From the NCBI GenBank assembly GCA_963663765.2, contig CAXXUA010000004.1, positions 864,001 to 928,000 on the forward strand: 64,000 nt of DNA, written 5' to 3'. Every line of letters begins with the position of its first letter. Positions within the stretch are counted from its first letter, which is position 1. The notes beneath the pieces are model-generated. The model ran no database searches, had not been told where the DNA came from, and worked only from the letters and a program-made list of their open reading frames with translations. Positions 31,956 through 44,700 of this stretch are shown in pieces. Made by a program: the position numbers and the translations under genes. The stretch comes from Candidatus Poribacteria bacterium (GTDB lineage Bacteria > Poribacteria > WGA-4E > WGA-3G).

Positions 31956-32748
31956 CTCTTAAATCCGTGTAAACTGTGTCGTCCGTGCAATCCAAAATTT
32001 AGATATTTTATTCCGTTCCTTCCCTTATGATGTGAATCTCCTCTGATGTTAAATCATACCATATCCACGTACGCTTGTCAATTTCATTTTGTGGAACTGT
32101 CTGAATCTCAGATTATCGCGAATGACGCGGCTTATTGTGTTTGGGATGTCAAGTTCTATTCTGAGAATGGACTTCTTCTGTGAGATTAATCGAATAGGTT
32201 GAGTTGATCTGTCGTAAGTATAAACCGAAGTTTTTCATCTGCAGCTACTAACGCTTCCATTAGTTCTGGGATCTCTACCCATTTTAATTGCTTAGGTATG
32301 GTGTTTTGTTGACATAATAACCAACTCAGGGCTAAACTAACATCAAATGCGTTTCTGGCTGGTGCGAATTTTGCTGGCGCATCCTTTTTTCGCTCATAAA
32401 AGCGCGGTGCGGGAAGATATCGGGTAAATTGAATTGGTATTACACCTCCATATCAGTGTCTTCCACAATCACAATCTCATCGGGGTTCCGGGTTATTATG
32501 AGTATAGCAGAGAACAATTTCATTTTCAAGAAAACGTTGGGATGAGGGCGGGTGTTTAGAAAAGAGGTTGGTTTGTGTGTTCGGGTTTGTTGTTGTCAGA
32601 ATTGCGGTGGACGCGGATGAACGCGGATTTTTGTTTGGCATTTCAAGGGGCTTTTCATAGGATTGGGATGTCCGCACAGCAGAGGACTAATCTGCATAAT
32701 CCGTGTCCTCCGCGCAAATCCGCGATTCTGACAATTTTTGTTTTGCTG

Positions 32749-33552
32749 CTATGCCTGTGGGGACGTTAGCAGTGCGGCGATGTCATCTGGTATTTTGACG
32801 TTATGTTTCTGCTCAAAGTCGGCAATGTCTTCGTAGTCTTTACCAAAGTTCTCAACGACGATGCTTTTTTGGAGTTCTGCAGCAGTTGTTAAGTCTTCTT
32901 TGGCTTTTTCCCATTTCTGCAAGAGTATAAACGCCATACTGCGATTGTAGTATGGCTCTGCTAAATCAGTGGAGCGTTCTATCGCCGCGTTATAGTCGTT
33001 GATAGCGCGTTCGTAATCGCTATCTCTACGGTAAATGTTACCGCGATTGTTATAAGGGTGGACAAGGTCAGGTCTTAATTCTATTGCCTTGTTATAATCT
33101 TTGATGGCGCGATCAAACTCCTCTTTTTCATGGTAGACAATACCGCGGTTGTAATAGGCATAAGCAAAACTTGGATCAAGTTCTATTGCTTTGTTATAGT
33201 CTTTAATAGCAGTCTCTATCTCACCTCTGAGTTTATATACTATCCCACGATTATTGTATGCTTCTGGCAATTCTGGGTCAAGTCTTATGGCTATGTTGCA
33301 ATCTGCAAATGCGCGGTCATATTCGCCTTTCATGCGGTAAGCTGCGCCGCGATTGCTATATGCCTCAGCATAGTTTTCTTTGAATCGTATCGCCGTGTTA
33401 AGATCTTCAATGGCACGGTCAATTTCACCTTTATTGCCGTAAGCTATGCCTCTGTAGTTATAGCCTTGGGCAAAAGTGGGTCTTCGATCAATCGCTTTGT
33501 TAAAGCGTTCAATGGTTGTATCATAAGATGTTTGTTCTGTTTGTGTCTGCAT
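32749..33552 (-). CDS. TPR-repeat protein
   Basis: About six AYxNRG TPRs; C-terminal tail shared with 29381..30634. Confidence 0.9.
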   Translation of the reverse strand: MQTQTEQTSYDTTIERFNKAIDRRPTFAQGYNYRGIAYGNKGEIDRAIEDLNTAIRFKENYAEAYSNRGAAYRMKGEYDRAFADCNIAIRLDPELPEAYNNRGIVYKLRGEIETAIKDYNKAIELDPSFAYAYYNRGIVYHEKEEFDRAIKDYNKAIELRPDLVHPYNNRGNIYRRDSDYERAINDYNAAIERSTDLAEPYYNRSMAFILLQKWEKAKEDLTTAAELQKSIVVENFGKDYEDIADFEQKHNVKIPDDIAALLTSPQA

Positions 33553-33555
33553 GTT

Positions 33556-33740
33556 TTATGTCTCCTTTTCCTTACTGGATTGAGACGATTCAATTTGAAA
33601 GACATCTTCCTTCGGCTGCGTTTTGCTTTTGTAAACTTCTATGCTTTCTTTCAGATGGATGTCTTGGTTTCTAATATACCCATGAAGGTCGTTGTAAACT
33701 GTTTGGATTGAGATACCATGATGTTTTTGCAGATGGTCTA
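33556..33740 (-). pseudogene. 3' remnant of an FRG-type gene truncated by IS630
   Basis: LDHLQKHHGISIQTVYNDLHGY resembles LAALDKISGITESTIYPDFDGF in 29381..30634; abuts the IS end. Confidence 0.7.
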
Positions 33741-34896
33741 ATACCAAATTAACGCGTGTCGTATTGTTTTTCCATTTTGCAAATCCACTGAAAACCGACG
33801 TGTGCCTGCACTTTCTTTTTGTTTTCGGAAAACCATTGACACCTTTTTACCAATACTTCTTCAAGTGCTGATAGTGTTGTCCAAACTTTATTCACAACCA
33901 CCTCCCGCAACAGAGGCCATAGGCGTTCAGCAGGTTGAAGTTCCGGTGTATACGGCGGCAAATAAAATAACTCAATCCCTTGTGGGACTTCTAAACCTTT
34001 ACCCGTATGAAAACCCGCACGATCTAACAAGAGGATTATCTGTTTCTTGCCTTCCGGGTTTACATCACGAGCAAACTCTGCCAACGCAAGGTTCATGATT
34101 TCAACACTCACACTCGGCATCAGAAGCCAATAGGTCTCACCTGTCTGCGGACAGACAAAACCGAAACCATAGAGCCATTTATAGGCTGGACACACCGGGG
34201 CTACCGGTCTTTCACCTTGCTTCGCCCAGACACGCCGATGAACAGGTAATAAGCCTAAGCGCGTCTCGTCTTCTGCCCAAATCTCTACAGGTTTCTCCGG
34301 GTGCTGACTTTCAAGCGTAGCTACCCGATCCTTAAGTTTTTTTTAAATGTTTGCTGTGCTTCGGGGGTTGCAGCAGCCTGATGTTGTGGACGAGGCGTTT
34401 GTAAAGTCCAACCGAGACGCTTGAGATATTTCCAACCTGACACATTACTGACAGGACGCTGAAGGGTCTCAGATATCCACGCAGCTACCTTCGGACCTGT
34501 CCAAAGACCACCATCGGCAGGGGGGCTCAGAAAGCACAGCTTCAAGTGCTGCTTGCTGTTTCTCATCCAAAAAACGCTTGCCTTTATTGTTTTTCCGTTT
34601 ATCTTGTAGAGCTGTTTCCCCTTCAGCATTATAGCGTTTGAGCAACTTGCGAACCCAGTCCGGAGTGCATCCTACGATCTCAGCGACTTCGCGGGGTGTG
34701 CGTGGATGTGTCGTATCAGCAAGAAGCCAAATAATATGCCAATGCGTCCGTTCCCGAGTACATTTACATTCAAGATACCTTTGTCTAAGAACTTCTACTG
34801 GAAAGTGAGGGAGAACCTCATGTTTTCTTTTTCATCTGTTCACAATAGCATATTTTCAAAAAAATATAAACAAGAACTATTCCGTTAATACGGTAT
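33741..34896 (-). mobile_element. IS630-family insertion sequence (1156 bp), OrfA/OrfB joined by programmed -1 frameshift
   Basis: IRs ATACC(AA/GT)ATTAACG with TA on both sides; wHTH (GLWTGPKVAAWI) plus DDE (WAEDETR, LDRAGFH, LPPYTPELQPAE); TTTAAAAAAAAC slippery site at about 34336-34347. Confidence 0.93.
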
Positions 34897-34973
34897 TATC
34901 ACATTCACGTTAGGTTAAAACAACACGAGCTATAGCAAACATTAGTTTATGCTGTTTGCTTCGGTTCTGTTTG

Positions 34974-35714
34974 TCATTTCATATTTTCACCTGACCGTAT
35001 ATGTCTTAATGCCTCATCTAAAACTGTTCTGTTGCTATATTGTGATATAAGTTTCTCTGCCTTGGCTTTGTCTGAGGACCTTTTTATCTTATCAACTAAT
35101 AACGGTAATGCACGTACGACATTATCAACAATGGTGATGCTTGCTTGTTGGGCAGTTCTTGACATAGGGTTCAAGTCAACTGTCACGACGTCTTTTCCTA
35201 TTTTGCGTAGTGCTTGACACCGATCCCCATCTTCAAGCGGAACAAACACGACATCTGCTTTGAATATTCCCTCTGGATGAACAAACTTTCGGTTGGAGTC
35301 AATATAGTCAAGTTGTGCTTCTGTGGAAGGAAGGAGGACTTCTTTTGCCCCGTACTTTAATAGATGGTCTTTGATTTTCTGTTCGCGTCCTGTTTCCGTG
35401 TGGAAAATGTTTATCTCTAATGGAGCATTTAGCACTTGTCCTAACGCAATAAGGTCTTCTGGCACCAATGCTGCTACATTTCCATTTACAGAAATAACCG
35501 GATGTTCTGCTAAGCAAAGCATTGCAGCTGCTGCTTGTATAGCAGTAATTGCAAAGTGTTGTGTTTTCTCGTCTATAAGGTAGTCAAAAGCCTCGCCACG
35601 ACCATGTGCGATGAGGCCGTGGATAGAGGTAATACCTTGTTCTAAGCCGTGAACAATTCTATCGCGCATGGTGAGTGATAGATAGCGGGGATGCGTTCTT
35701 GGAACATCACTCAA
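34974..35714 (-). CDS. 4-phosphopantoate--beta-alanine ligase (archaeal-type phosphopantothenate synthetase, COG1701)
   Basis: HPRYxSL, GLIAHGRGEAFDYLI, PVISVNGN, VPLEDGDR and DLNPMSRTA motifs. Confidence 0.9.
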   Translation of the reverse strand: MSDVPRTHPRYLSLTMRDRIVHGLEQGITSIHGLIAHGRGEAFDYLIDEKTQHFAITAIQAAAAMLCLAEHPVISVNGNVAALVPEDLIALGQVLNAPLEINIFHTETGREQKIKDHLLKYGAKEVLLPSTEAQLDYIDSNRKFVHPEGIFKADVVFVPLEDGDRCQALRKIGKDVVTVDLNPMSRTAQQASITIVDNVVRALPLLVDKIKRSSDKAKAEKLISQYSNRTVLDEALRHIRSGENMK

Positions 35715-35752
35715 TGTGCATTATCCCTATTGTAGAATACCATTTGAATGCT

Positions 35753-38700
35753 CTACTCAGGTTCGGAGATAGTCAAGTCGTCATAAGGTTTTCCATCCTT
35801 GTCAGTAATACGTAGATAGAATCCCCAGAATCCCGTTTGCTCACATACTTTGACAAGTATGGTGTTTTTTCCGGCGTTGAGTTTTACAGGAATCGTATTA
35901 TTATCCATAACTGCAGCTTGCGCAGAATTATTTGTGTATACCTGTTTTCCGTTTACCCACACTTTTGATTGGTCATCTCCATCATATTTGAATTGGACGT
36001 CACGTTCATCAGGTGAAGACACAGTAGCATAGGCATAAGCGACACCCCAATTGATATCTTCTCCGAGACTAACGTAACCGTTCAGTAAATCATCATCACA
36101 TTTTTTCCAACTGACCTTTCCATTAAGTCCCTTATATGTTGCTTTCAAGTCAATTTCTGTTGTATTTTCTGGGATGTATGAAGTTGTGTATCCAATTCCA
36201 CCGTTGTTATCAAATGGACCAAGGATTAACCATTGATGTTCTGTAATGAAACCAGTTGATTTAATAACATCTTTCGCCTGTTTCGGCTTGTCATTTGTCA
36301 GATAGAATTCCGCCAGCATCAACTTTAGTGTCATTGGAACAGTAATATCGTTAGTTTCTATTTCAATTAGCTTCTTCAACAACTCCTCAAAACCGTCCTT
36401 CTGTTCAGTGTTCTTACCGAACTGTGCGATCCATGCAAACATATCACGTTGGTTATCCCTATGTGTAACCATGATTATGCTCTTTTTGAATTGTCCATAA
36501 GCCTTGTCGAATTCTTCATTGACTAAGTATGCTCTTCCGAGTGTCAATAAGTATGTATAACTTGAACTTGATGTGTTTTGTGCTGCTTGTTGGGCAAACT
36601 TCAATGCAGTTTCAGGAAATAGGTTATTAGTCAGAAGTTCATCAGCAAACATGCGAAAATCAGCAGGTTCCCCTGACTTACTTACTTGTTCTTCTCGAAT
36701 TTTTATCCAATCTGCATAAGCAAGATCTGCGTTTTCAGAATCCCCAAGTTTCTTGTAGGTGTTCCCAATAAGTTCGTGTAATTTCGCGCTCCATGCCATT
36801 TTGGGTTTTAGTTCTTCAAGTACAGGGATCAAGTTTTTCTCTAGTCCTTTGTCAGTATAAAGATTAGCAATGTCCTGAATGACGATGTTCTGATCGGACT
36901 GTGAAATCGGAGCATCTAATGCACGTTGATAGACGGACTCTACCTTAAAGGGATCATCAGCTTTTATATAGATTTGTGCTAAGAGTCTATACATTTCATA
37001 ATTGTCTGGTTTGATTAAGATCGCTTTTTCATAGGCAGCGGCAGCTTTTTCCATTTGTTCTGCGCCGGGTGGTGCAAAGATCGGACGTGCATAGGTAGTA
37101 AGTTTGGAAGTTCCCATCAATTTTCCATCGTTACTATTGGGTGATACATCTGAGATACTTTCATCAGACATTTCGTCAAAACTCCAGTAACTGACTAAAC
37201 CGGGTTCATTTCCATTTAGTTTATTATCCATGCATGATTGTATCTGTTCAGGTGTCAAGGGGATATTCCATATACTTACCTCATCAATCAGTCCCGTAAA
37301 AGTTGCATGGGTTTCCCTGATATCTTCATGAGAACTACCAATCCTGAGTGGAAGTGTACTTTCGTGAACACTCTCTTCCCCTTTATAATCTTTCTGTCCA
37401 ACTTCAGACCCATTAATATAGAGTTTAATAGAATCATTTTGAGAATCAATAACACCAGTAATGTGGTGCCATTCGTTAAGCATGATCGAACCAGAGGGAG
37501 AATACACAAAACTTTGTTGCTTACCTTTTGGTGATGAAGATAGCTGAATTGCACCGTCGTTACGTAACCATAAATTATAACTGCGGTTACTAACGTCTGA
37601 ATTTCGATTATCACCTTTAAAGATGATCGGTTGATATCTCTTTGGATAATTGGTTGGTTTAATCCAAGCAGTCATCGTAATTTGCTTGTTTATGTTGTTT
37701 AAGGTTTCACTGTCCCCTACCTCAAAGTAGCTATCTTTGCCATCCAATTCCAGAGCTGTATTTTGAACTTCACCGGTCTTGATGCGTTGATTCTGATATA
37801 AGTCACCAATGGTTCTTTGCCATTTCGGTTTATCTGGTTGAAGTTCGCTTAGTTTTTCGTATTGTGCTACGGCTTTCTCAAGATTGTCTGTATATTCATA
37901 ACTCTTTGCAAGGACAACGTATGCATCTGGGTCATCAGGATTTTCTTGTACATTTTTCTCTTGTTCAGGTATCTTCTTTTCATATAGATTGCCTTGCAAA
38001 TTTGCTTGATGTAATGCGGTTTCCGCAGTTTTTCGTTGAGAATCATTTCTTGCGATTTTCACCAAATTTTGATAGGCATTAGCAGCTTTTTCGTATTGCA
38101 GAGTTGCGATATAACTTTGTCCAAGAAGTTTTAACAAAACCTCATTCACGGAACCGGCAGTTAAATTCTTATTATTATTATTATTGGTTATGGTTTCAAC
38201 AAGATCAATTGTCGGTTCAAACAAACCGTTATCATGACAGATTGTAGCAAGTGAGCCAACAAACCAAGTATCGTTTTTCCTGCTATTGTTTGCAAGTGCG
38301 GTCTTACCTTTTTCTATCATCGTTTTTGCGTCTTCTGTCTGTTCATTCTTATGATAGGCGATTGCAGCACGGTAAAACCCCCTAACGTTACTTGGTTGAA
38401 CTTCACACAATGCTTGATAAGCTTCAGCGGTTTTTACATAGTCGTTGGCTTTACGATAGATCTCTGCGATCATTTCAAGGAAAACCACATTTTTTGGATC
38501 TTTCTCAAGTTTTTCTTCAAAAATGTTTCTTAAACTATCAAGTTTGCTCTCTTGGTTGAATGCATTTATGAGCGTGTTTCGTGCATCATCCCCACCAAAC
38601 TTGACAGTTACCCCAGAAGAACTATAACTGATTGACATGCCAGTATATGAGTATTGTCCAAGCGTTTCATAGACTTCAATTGCAGAGTCAATTTTGTCCT

Positions 38701-41700
38701 GTTTAACATATAATTTTAGCATTTCATTAGAGATGTTTTGTCTTTCATACCTGTCACTTGTCATATTTCTTGCTCTCTTGTATGATGCGACAGCTTCATC
38801 TAATTTATTCTCTTTTTTGTAGTGACTTGCCAATTCTTTTTGTAGTTCTAAAGTGATAGTTCCGTTTTCTTCAGCTGCCGTTAGTTTCTCTTCTAAAGTG
38901 CCTTGCTGTTTATATAGTGAAATTAAATCCCTTTCAATATTACGACGTCCATAGGGATCTGCTGTGTATTGGATAGCGTTGATATAAGCGTTTTCTGCTT
39001 GATCTAATTCATCATCTTGAAGATAGAGTTTTGCTAACTGCTGATGAACTTGTGCATTACCGGGCATGAGTTCAACTGCTTTATTATATGAAGTAATTGC
39101 TTCTTGGTTCTTGTTATCACCTGAATAGAGTCTTGCGATTCGCATGTAATGTGCACCGACATCTGGTTCCTGATCAATGAAGCTTTGAGCAAGTTCAAAG
39201 GCAGTATTGAGATTACCCGCGTTCTTGTAACTCGTTACGAGTCCGTCTTTGTACATCGTGTTCACAGGGTCAGCTTCAAGCAATGCTTTCCATATTTCAG
39301 TTGCTTTATCATGTTCGTTTTGTCGTGTATATAGCGATGCAAGTTGTTTGCGTGATTCAAAGTCTTCAGGCATAATCTTGTAGATATTTTCGTAGATTTC
39401 AATTGCTTTCTTTACTTCATTGTTACGAGTATATTGTTGTGCTAATGCGCGTTGCAAGCCAACATTCATACTTTTTATATCTTCGGAGGACTCCTCAGTT
39501 TCAGTCTTTCCGTCACGTTTCTGCTTTATCGTTAACAGTTGTTCTCTTGCGCGGTCGCGATAATAACGGTCTACAGAAAGGTCATTCAGAAGTTCAGTAA
39601 AGAGGACTTCTGCTTCATCCCACATCTTATGTTGCATGTATATGCGTGCGACACTATCTTTCTCCCAATAGTATTGCCGTGTTAAACGTAATGCACCCAT
39701 TTTTCGGAATGCATCAAGTGCTTTCTCTTCTTCTTTTTCTTTCTTATAGGCATTACCGAGTTTCTGATAGACTGAAGCAATCTGAGATGAATGTTGTGTG
39801 GTATTCCTGGTTAATGATTCCTCCAGAAGTTTGATCTCACGTTTGCTGTCTTTTGCACCTCGGAATGCGTCTGCTAAACTGGTAATCCATTCAGTTCTAA
39901 CCGAATCCATATCAAGGAGTTGTTGTGTGAGTTGGTCCGCACCTTCAAGGTCTTTTGCCATGATTTTCATTCTTGCAAGTAGGTATATGAGGATAGGTTT
40001 CTCTGGGTTCTCAGAAAGTTCGGTTGTATATTCAGTGATTAAACCGTCTATTTCGTCTGAGCCTTTGTAGATTTCAACAATTTTTGCAACCATCTGTTGT
40101 TGATACGGGACAGCCAAAGTTTCTAAGTTGTCACGAACAAATTTGATTGCTTTGTCACGTTCATTTGCTGCAAGGTATGCTGATGCAAGTGACGAATATA
40201 AGTATCCATAATCTGGTTGTTCTTTAATTAGTAATTCATAAAGTTCAATAGACGCTTTCGGGTTGTTTCTACGGAGACACTCTTGTGCGACGTTGCGTGC
40301 AAAGTTGCTTGCGTAACTTTGTCCAATAGCAGGGATAACAGAATCCTTGACCATAGAAACGAGTATATCAACTTTCCCCGCAGAGAAAAAGAGATCTGTT
40401 ACCTCCCAGTAGTTATTACCAAGTATATTAGGGTCTGCCTTGATCAGTGCGGTATATTCGGTTACAGCATCAACTGAGTTTCCATTTTTTTGTAACATTT
40501 GTGCATAACGGTGTCGGGTCATGCTATCTTTGGGTCTTAGTTCCAGCGCTGCTTTGAATGCATCTGATGCCTTTTTTACCTGACTGATACTTTCATAGTA
40601 GTTAGCTAATTTAATCTGTGAACGGAATGATTTTGGATTTTTACTTACAGCTTCAAGCAAAATCGCTTCCCGGTTATTTTTATTTTTTGATTGATGTGCT
40701 ATGGTTGTGGCTTGTTGTAAATTATAAGAACCCATAGTTCTACCGTATTGGTCGCGTTGATGTGCGAATCTTAGGGCGCGCTCTGCAAGGATTGCAGCGT
40801 CCTGTCCGCGTCCGAGTCTTTGAAGGTGTTGACTTAGCTGCACAAGGAAATTCGGGTCGCGTTCTCGCATGGATAAAGTCATCGCTTTTTTCGCAACAGC
40901 TACAGCAAATTGCGTGAGACCCGCTTCTTGTAGTTTTAACGAGAATTGATAGATATCCCGCGCACCGCTTGGTGAATTCAGTATACTTGTCATCATTTTT
41001 CGCACAGCAGCAGTATTACCGTGATGCAGTGCAATTTGTAACATGAGATCATAATACTGTCGACGGTTTTTCGGATCAGCTTCAGCAAGGTCTTCAAGTA
41101 AAGGTATGGATGCGGTATGTTGACCTGTTTGGATACTAATGAATACTGTAATGAGTTTGATGGTAAGGTCGGTAGGAAATTCCTTCTGCAAGTTTGTTAT
41201 TATTTCCTGTGCTTTCTCACGTTGTCCATCCCACCAATAACAGTAACTCATCGCTAAGCTTGGAAAGATTCGGTCTGTATCTTCTGCAGCTTCTAACACT
41301 GACCGCAATTTTGCGTAGAGCAAATCATTTTGATTTACTATCCAAAGACGATTGAAGGTTTCTTGAAGATAACTTAGCCGATTTTGATTGAAATATTTTG
41401 TTGATGTAGGAAATCTTGCTTGAACTGGGGAATAACCGCCATAAGAGAGGGATGATGTTGCAAGTGGTGCAACATTCCTTGCATGAGATGTTTTCGGTTT
41501 GGTATCCTCAAGAAGTTTCCAAGAAAGATCAAGTGCTTTATCAATTTTTCCATCACGATAATAAACAGTTGTTAACGTTTGGTATATTTGTTGATACTGC
41601 CACCAAGATGTTTTTGGTGGATAAGTTAGATCTGCAATAACTTTTTCTGCTTCATCAATTTTACCTGATTGAACCAGTGCATTTACATAAGTGTAGGTTG

Positions 41701-44700
41701 TGTTAATTGATGTAAACTTGATATTTTTAATATCGGTGAAAAACTTCTCTGCTTCAGCTTTTTTGCCTTCTTGATAGAGTTTGGTTACGTAACTAATTAT
41801 ATACCAAAGTCTTGCTTCTTCAGATAATCCATCTATATTGTTTAAGTATTTTTCAAAAGTCTCAGTATCCAAACCTTTCTGTATTTCTCTACTTAAACGT
41901 ATAGCTTTATATGTAATGTCGTTAGGAGAGGCATCAATTAACCGATTTGTAATGTCTTCAGATTTATCCGTATCCTCTAATAGAACATAGATTTGTGCTA
42001 ACTTTTCCAATGTCTGGATGTCTCTTGGATTATTAGCGACCTCTGCTTCCAATTTGTCAATCAATTCATTTTGTTTACCATTCTGTTGTAAGAAAGTCAC
42101 GATCTGGACGACTGCAGCAGACTGTGCTTGATCGTAGTCTCTTGGTGACCATTGTCGCCCCCTACTATTTGATGAAGATGAATTCTGTATCGTACTAACA
42201 AGGTTTTTTGCTGCATTGAACTTGTAGATGTCAATATTAGGTGGTCCAATCCTGTTAGCAGTATTGCTGGCTGATGCTTTATTGGCATCCGTCTCATCGG
42301 GTTTGGGCATTTCCAATATTCGTTGAAAATGTGGTAATGCACGTTCAGATTCATTCAATCGAACAAACATTGCACCGAGTTGATATAGGGGTTGATATGC
42401 ATCGGGACCAGTTATTTTTTCTGCAGCACGATCCAAAATTAGAAGTGCTTCATCCACGAGACCGTGTCGTATCAACAGTGTTGCAAGTTTAATTTCAGCT
42501 TCCAGAGTCTGATTTTTTGCATGTAATAACTTTGTCCATGATTGAATTGCTTCCTGTTCTCGTCCAGCATCAAACAACAACTCACCAAGTCTTCGTTGAT
42601 GTGCTGTATCAGGATCAGATTTTACCAGTTTTTCTTGGTAGGAAAGAGCGTCTTGATTATCACCAAGGTCCAAACTGATGTTGACGAGTTCTGATAGTAG
42701 TTCTGGATTATCGGGTTTCTTGTCTAAAGCGCGTGCCAACTGAAAACGAGCTTTGCTAAGGTCATCTTGCATGCGATATAGTTCTGCTAAAGCGATAACA
42801 GGTGCCACACTTGATGGACTGGTTTTCGCCATCAGTTTCAATTTATCCTCAAGTTCAGTACGTTGTCCTAAATTGTAATATGTCTCTGACAGAGGTTTTA
42901 TGAAAATGAGCTTGTCACTTACAGAAGTACTTAGTTCCCAACATCTCCAGTATTGTGCGATTGCTTGTCTCGGTTTTCCTGCAAGTTTATAAGTTCCTGC
43001 AAGTTCACTACGGATGTCAGTTGCTTCAGGACGCAATCGTATTGCTTTCTTTAGGCTATCAATTGCTTCGTCAAAATTTCCGGAGACTTTTGCTATTTCT
43101 GCGATGAGTTGATGTCCATCAGGATTGCGCGGACTGTGTGCAACGACTTTCTTAGCAAATTCTGTTGCTTCTTCAAAATCCATCACATTCAGGTAAGAAC
43201 GTGCAATGTTAGCGTAATATTCTCGTGCATTTGCGTTGTCTACATCAATAAGGCGAGTAAAGATGGTGTTAGCATCATCCCGTCTACCTTGCTGTTCGTA
43301 TATTTTTGCAAGCCATCGGTTTATGATGACATCATCTGGTTTGAGTTCCTTTGCTTTTAATAGCACTTCTAAAGCATAGGTTATATTTCCTAACTTCAGA
43401 TACATTTTCGCAAGTCGTTTCTGATGGTCAAAGACCGTTTCAGACGGTAGATTTGACGCTTTGAGTTCGGCTTCTGCTTCTTCAATTTTCTCTACAAGCG
43501 TACCTTGTCGCCGAAAAAGTTCAATTCGTTGATCATTCATCTTTTCAGCAAAAAACTCGTTTGGCGCGAGTTTCGCAGCTTCAGTGAATTCAACCAATGC
43601 ATCGTCAAACTTACTATTCGCCATGAGACGTTTTGCTAACGCTTCGTGATAGCGATATTCTTCAGGTTTCAACTCCACAGCTTTACGACTTGCAGCTAAT
43701 GCTTCTGTTTTATATGCTTTGGTATCAAGAAGTCTTGCTAAACGGTCGTAATTTTCAGCAACGTTTTTTGCACCCGCAACCATACGATTCCAAGTTTCAA
43801 TTGCTTTCTCACGGTTCCCTTGTCGGAAATAGAACTCACCGAAATACTCTATATAGTCAAGATTGTTTGGAGTTATGGAGAGTGCTTTTTCATATTGTGC
43901 AGCAGCATCTTCCATCCATTCATGGCCGGTATATATTTCTGCAAGGATAAGATGTGTTCCTGCATTATTGGGTGCACGGTCAATCATCCGTTGATATGTT
44001 GTTCGTGCTTTTTCTTCGTCATCTAAATGTAAGTACAACTCGCCAAGTTCCCTGTATACACCGAAATTGTCTGGGTCTTGTTGACTGATGGCTTCATATT
44101 CCTCAGCAGCGCCAGCGTATTTTTCTGCATTACGAAGTGCAGATATAAGATTTAAGCGTAGGTTAGTGTCTGTTGGTGCGAGTTCAACGCCTTTACGATA
44201 TGTTTTTATACCTTCTTCCTGCTGTTGGTCTTCAATATATGCGGCAGCAAGGAGTCCAAGTAACTCCGGTTCGTTTGGTGTCTCTTCAAGTTTTACCTGA
44301 TAGTATTCAATCAATCCTTTCCAATTGCTGTCCGCTGCATAAATTCCAATAATACGATGTTGTAGGTCTTTCCGCAACCAATTACCGGGAGCAGTCAATG
44401 ATAATGCTTCATCGTAACTTTCTATAGCATTTTGATATTCTGTTTTCGCTTCATAGATGTTACCGATTTCTCTACGACTCAGACATATACGGTATGGATC
44501 GTCTTTCTTTAGTTTTATAATTTCTTGATGTTGTTCAATTGCTTGTTCATATAGTTCTTGCTCGCGGAATAGGTCTGCAAGTTCTATTCGTGCAAAGATG
44601 TCATTTGGATCTAATTCAGATATTTTTTGCCATGCTTTTACCGCTTCATCTATTTTGTCTCGTCTGAAATATGCATGTCCAAGCGACTTATATATTTCAG

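Noticed and set aside
32477-32769. Short ORFs between the TIR and TPR genes
   Set aside because: They overlap a TTGTCAGAAT...ATTCTGACAA inverted-repeat element and show no protein motifs
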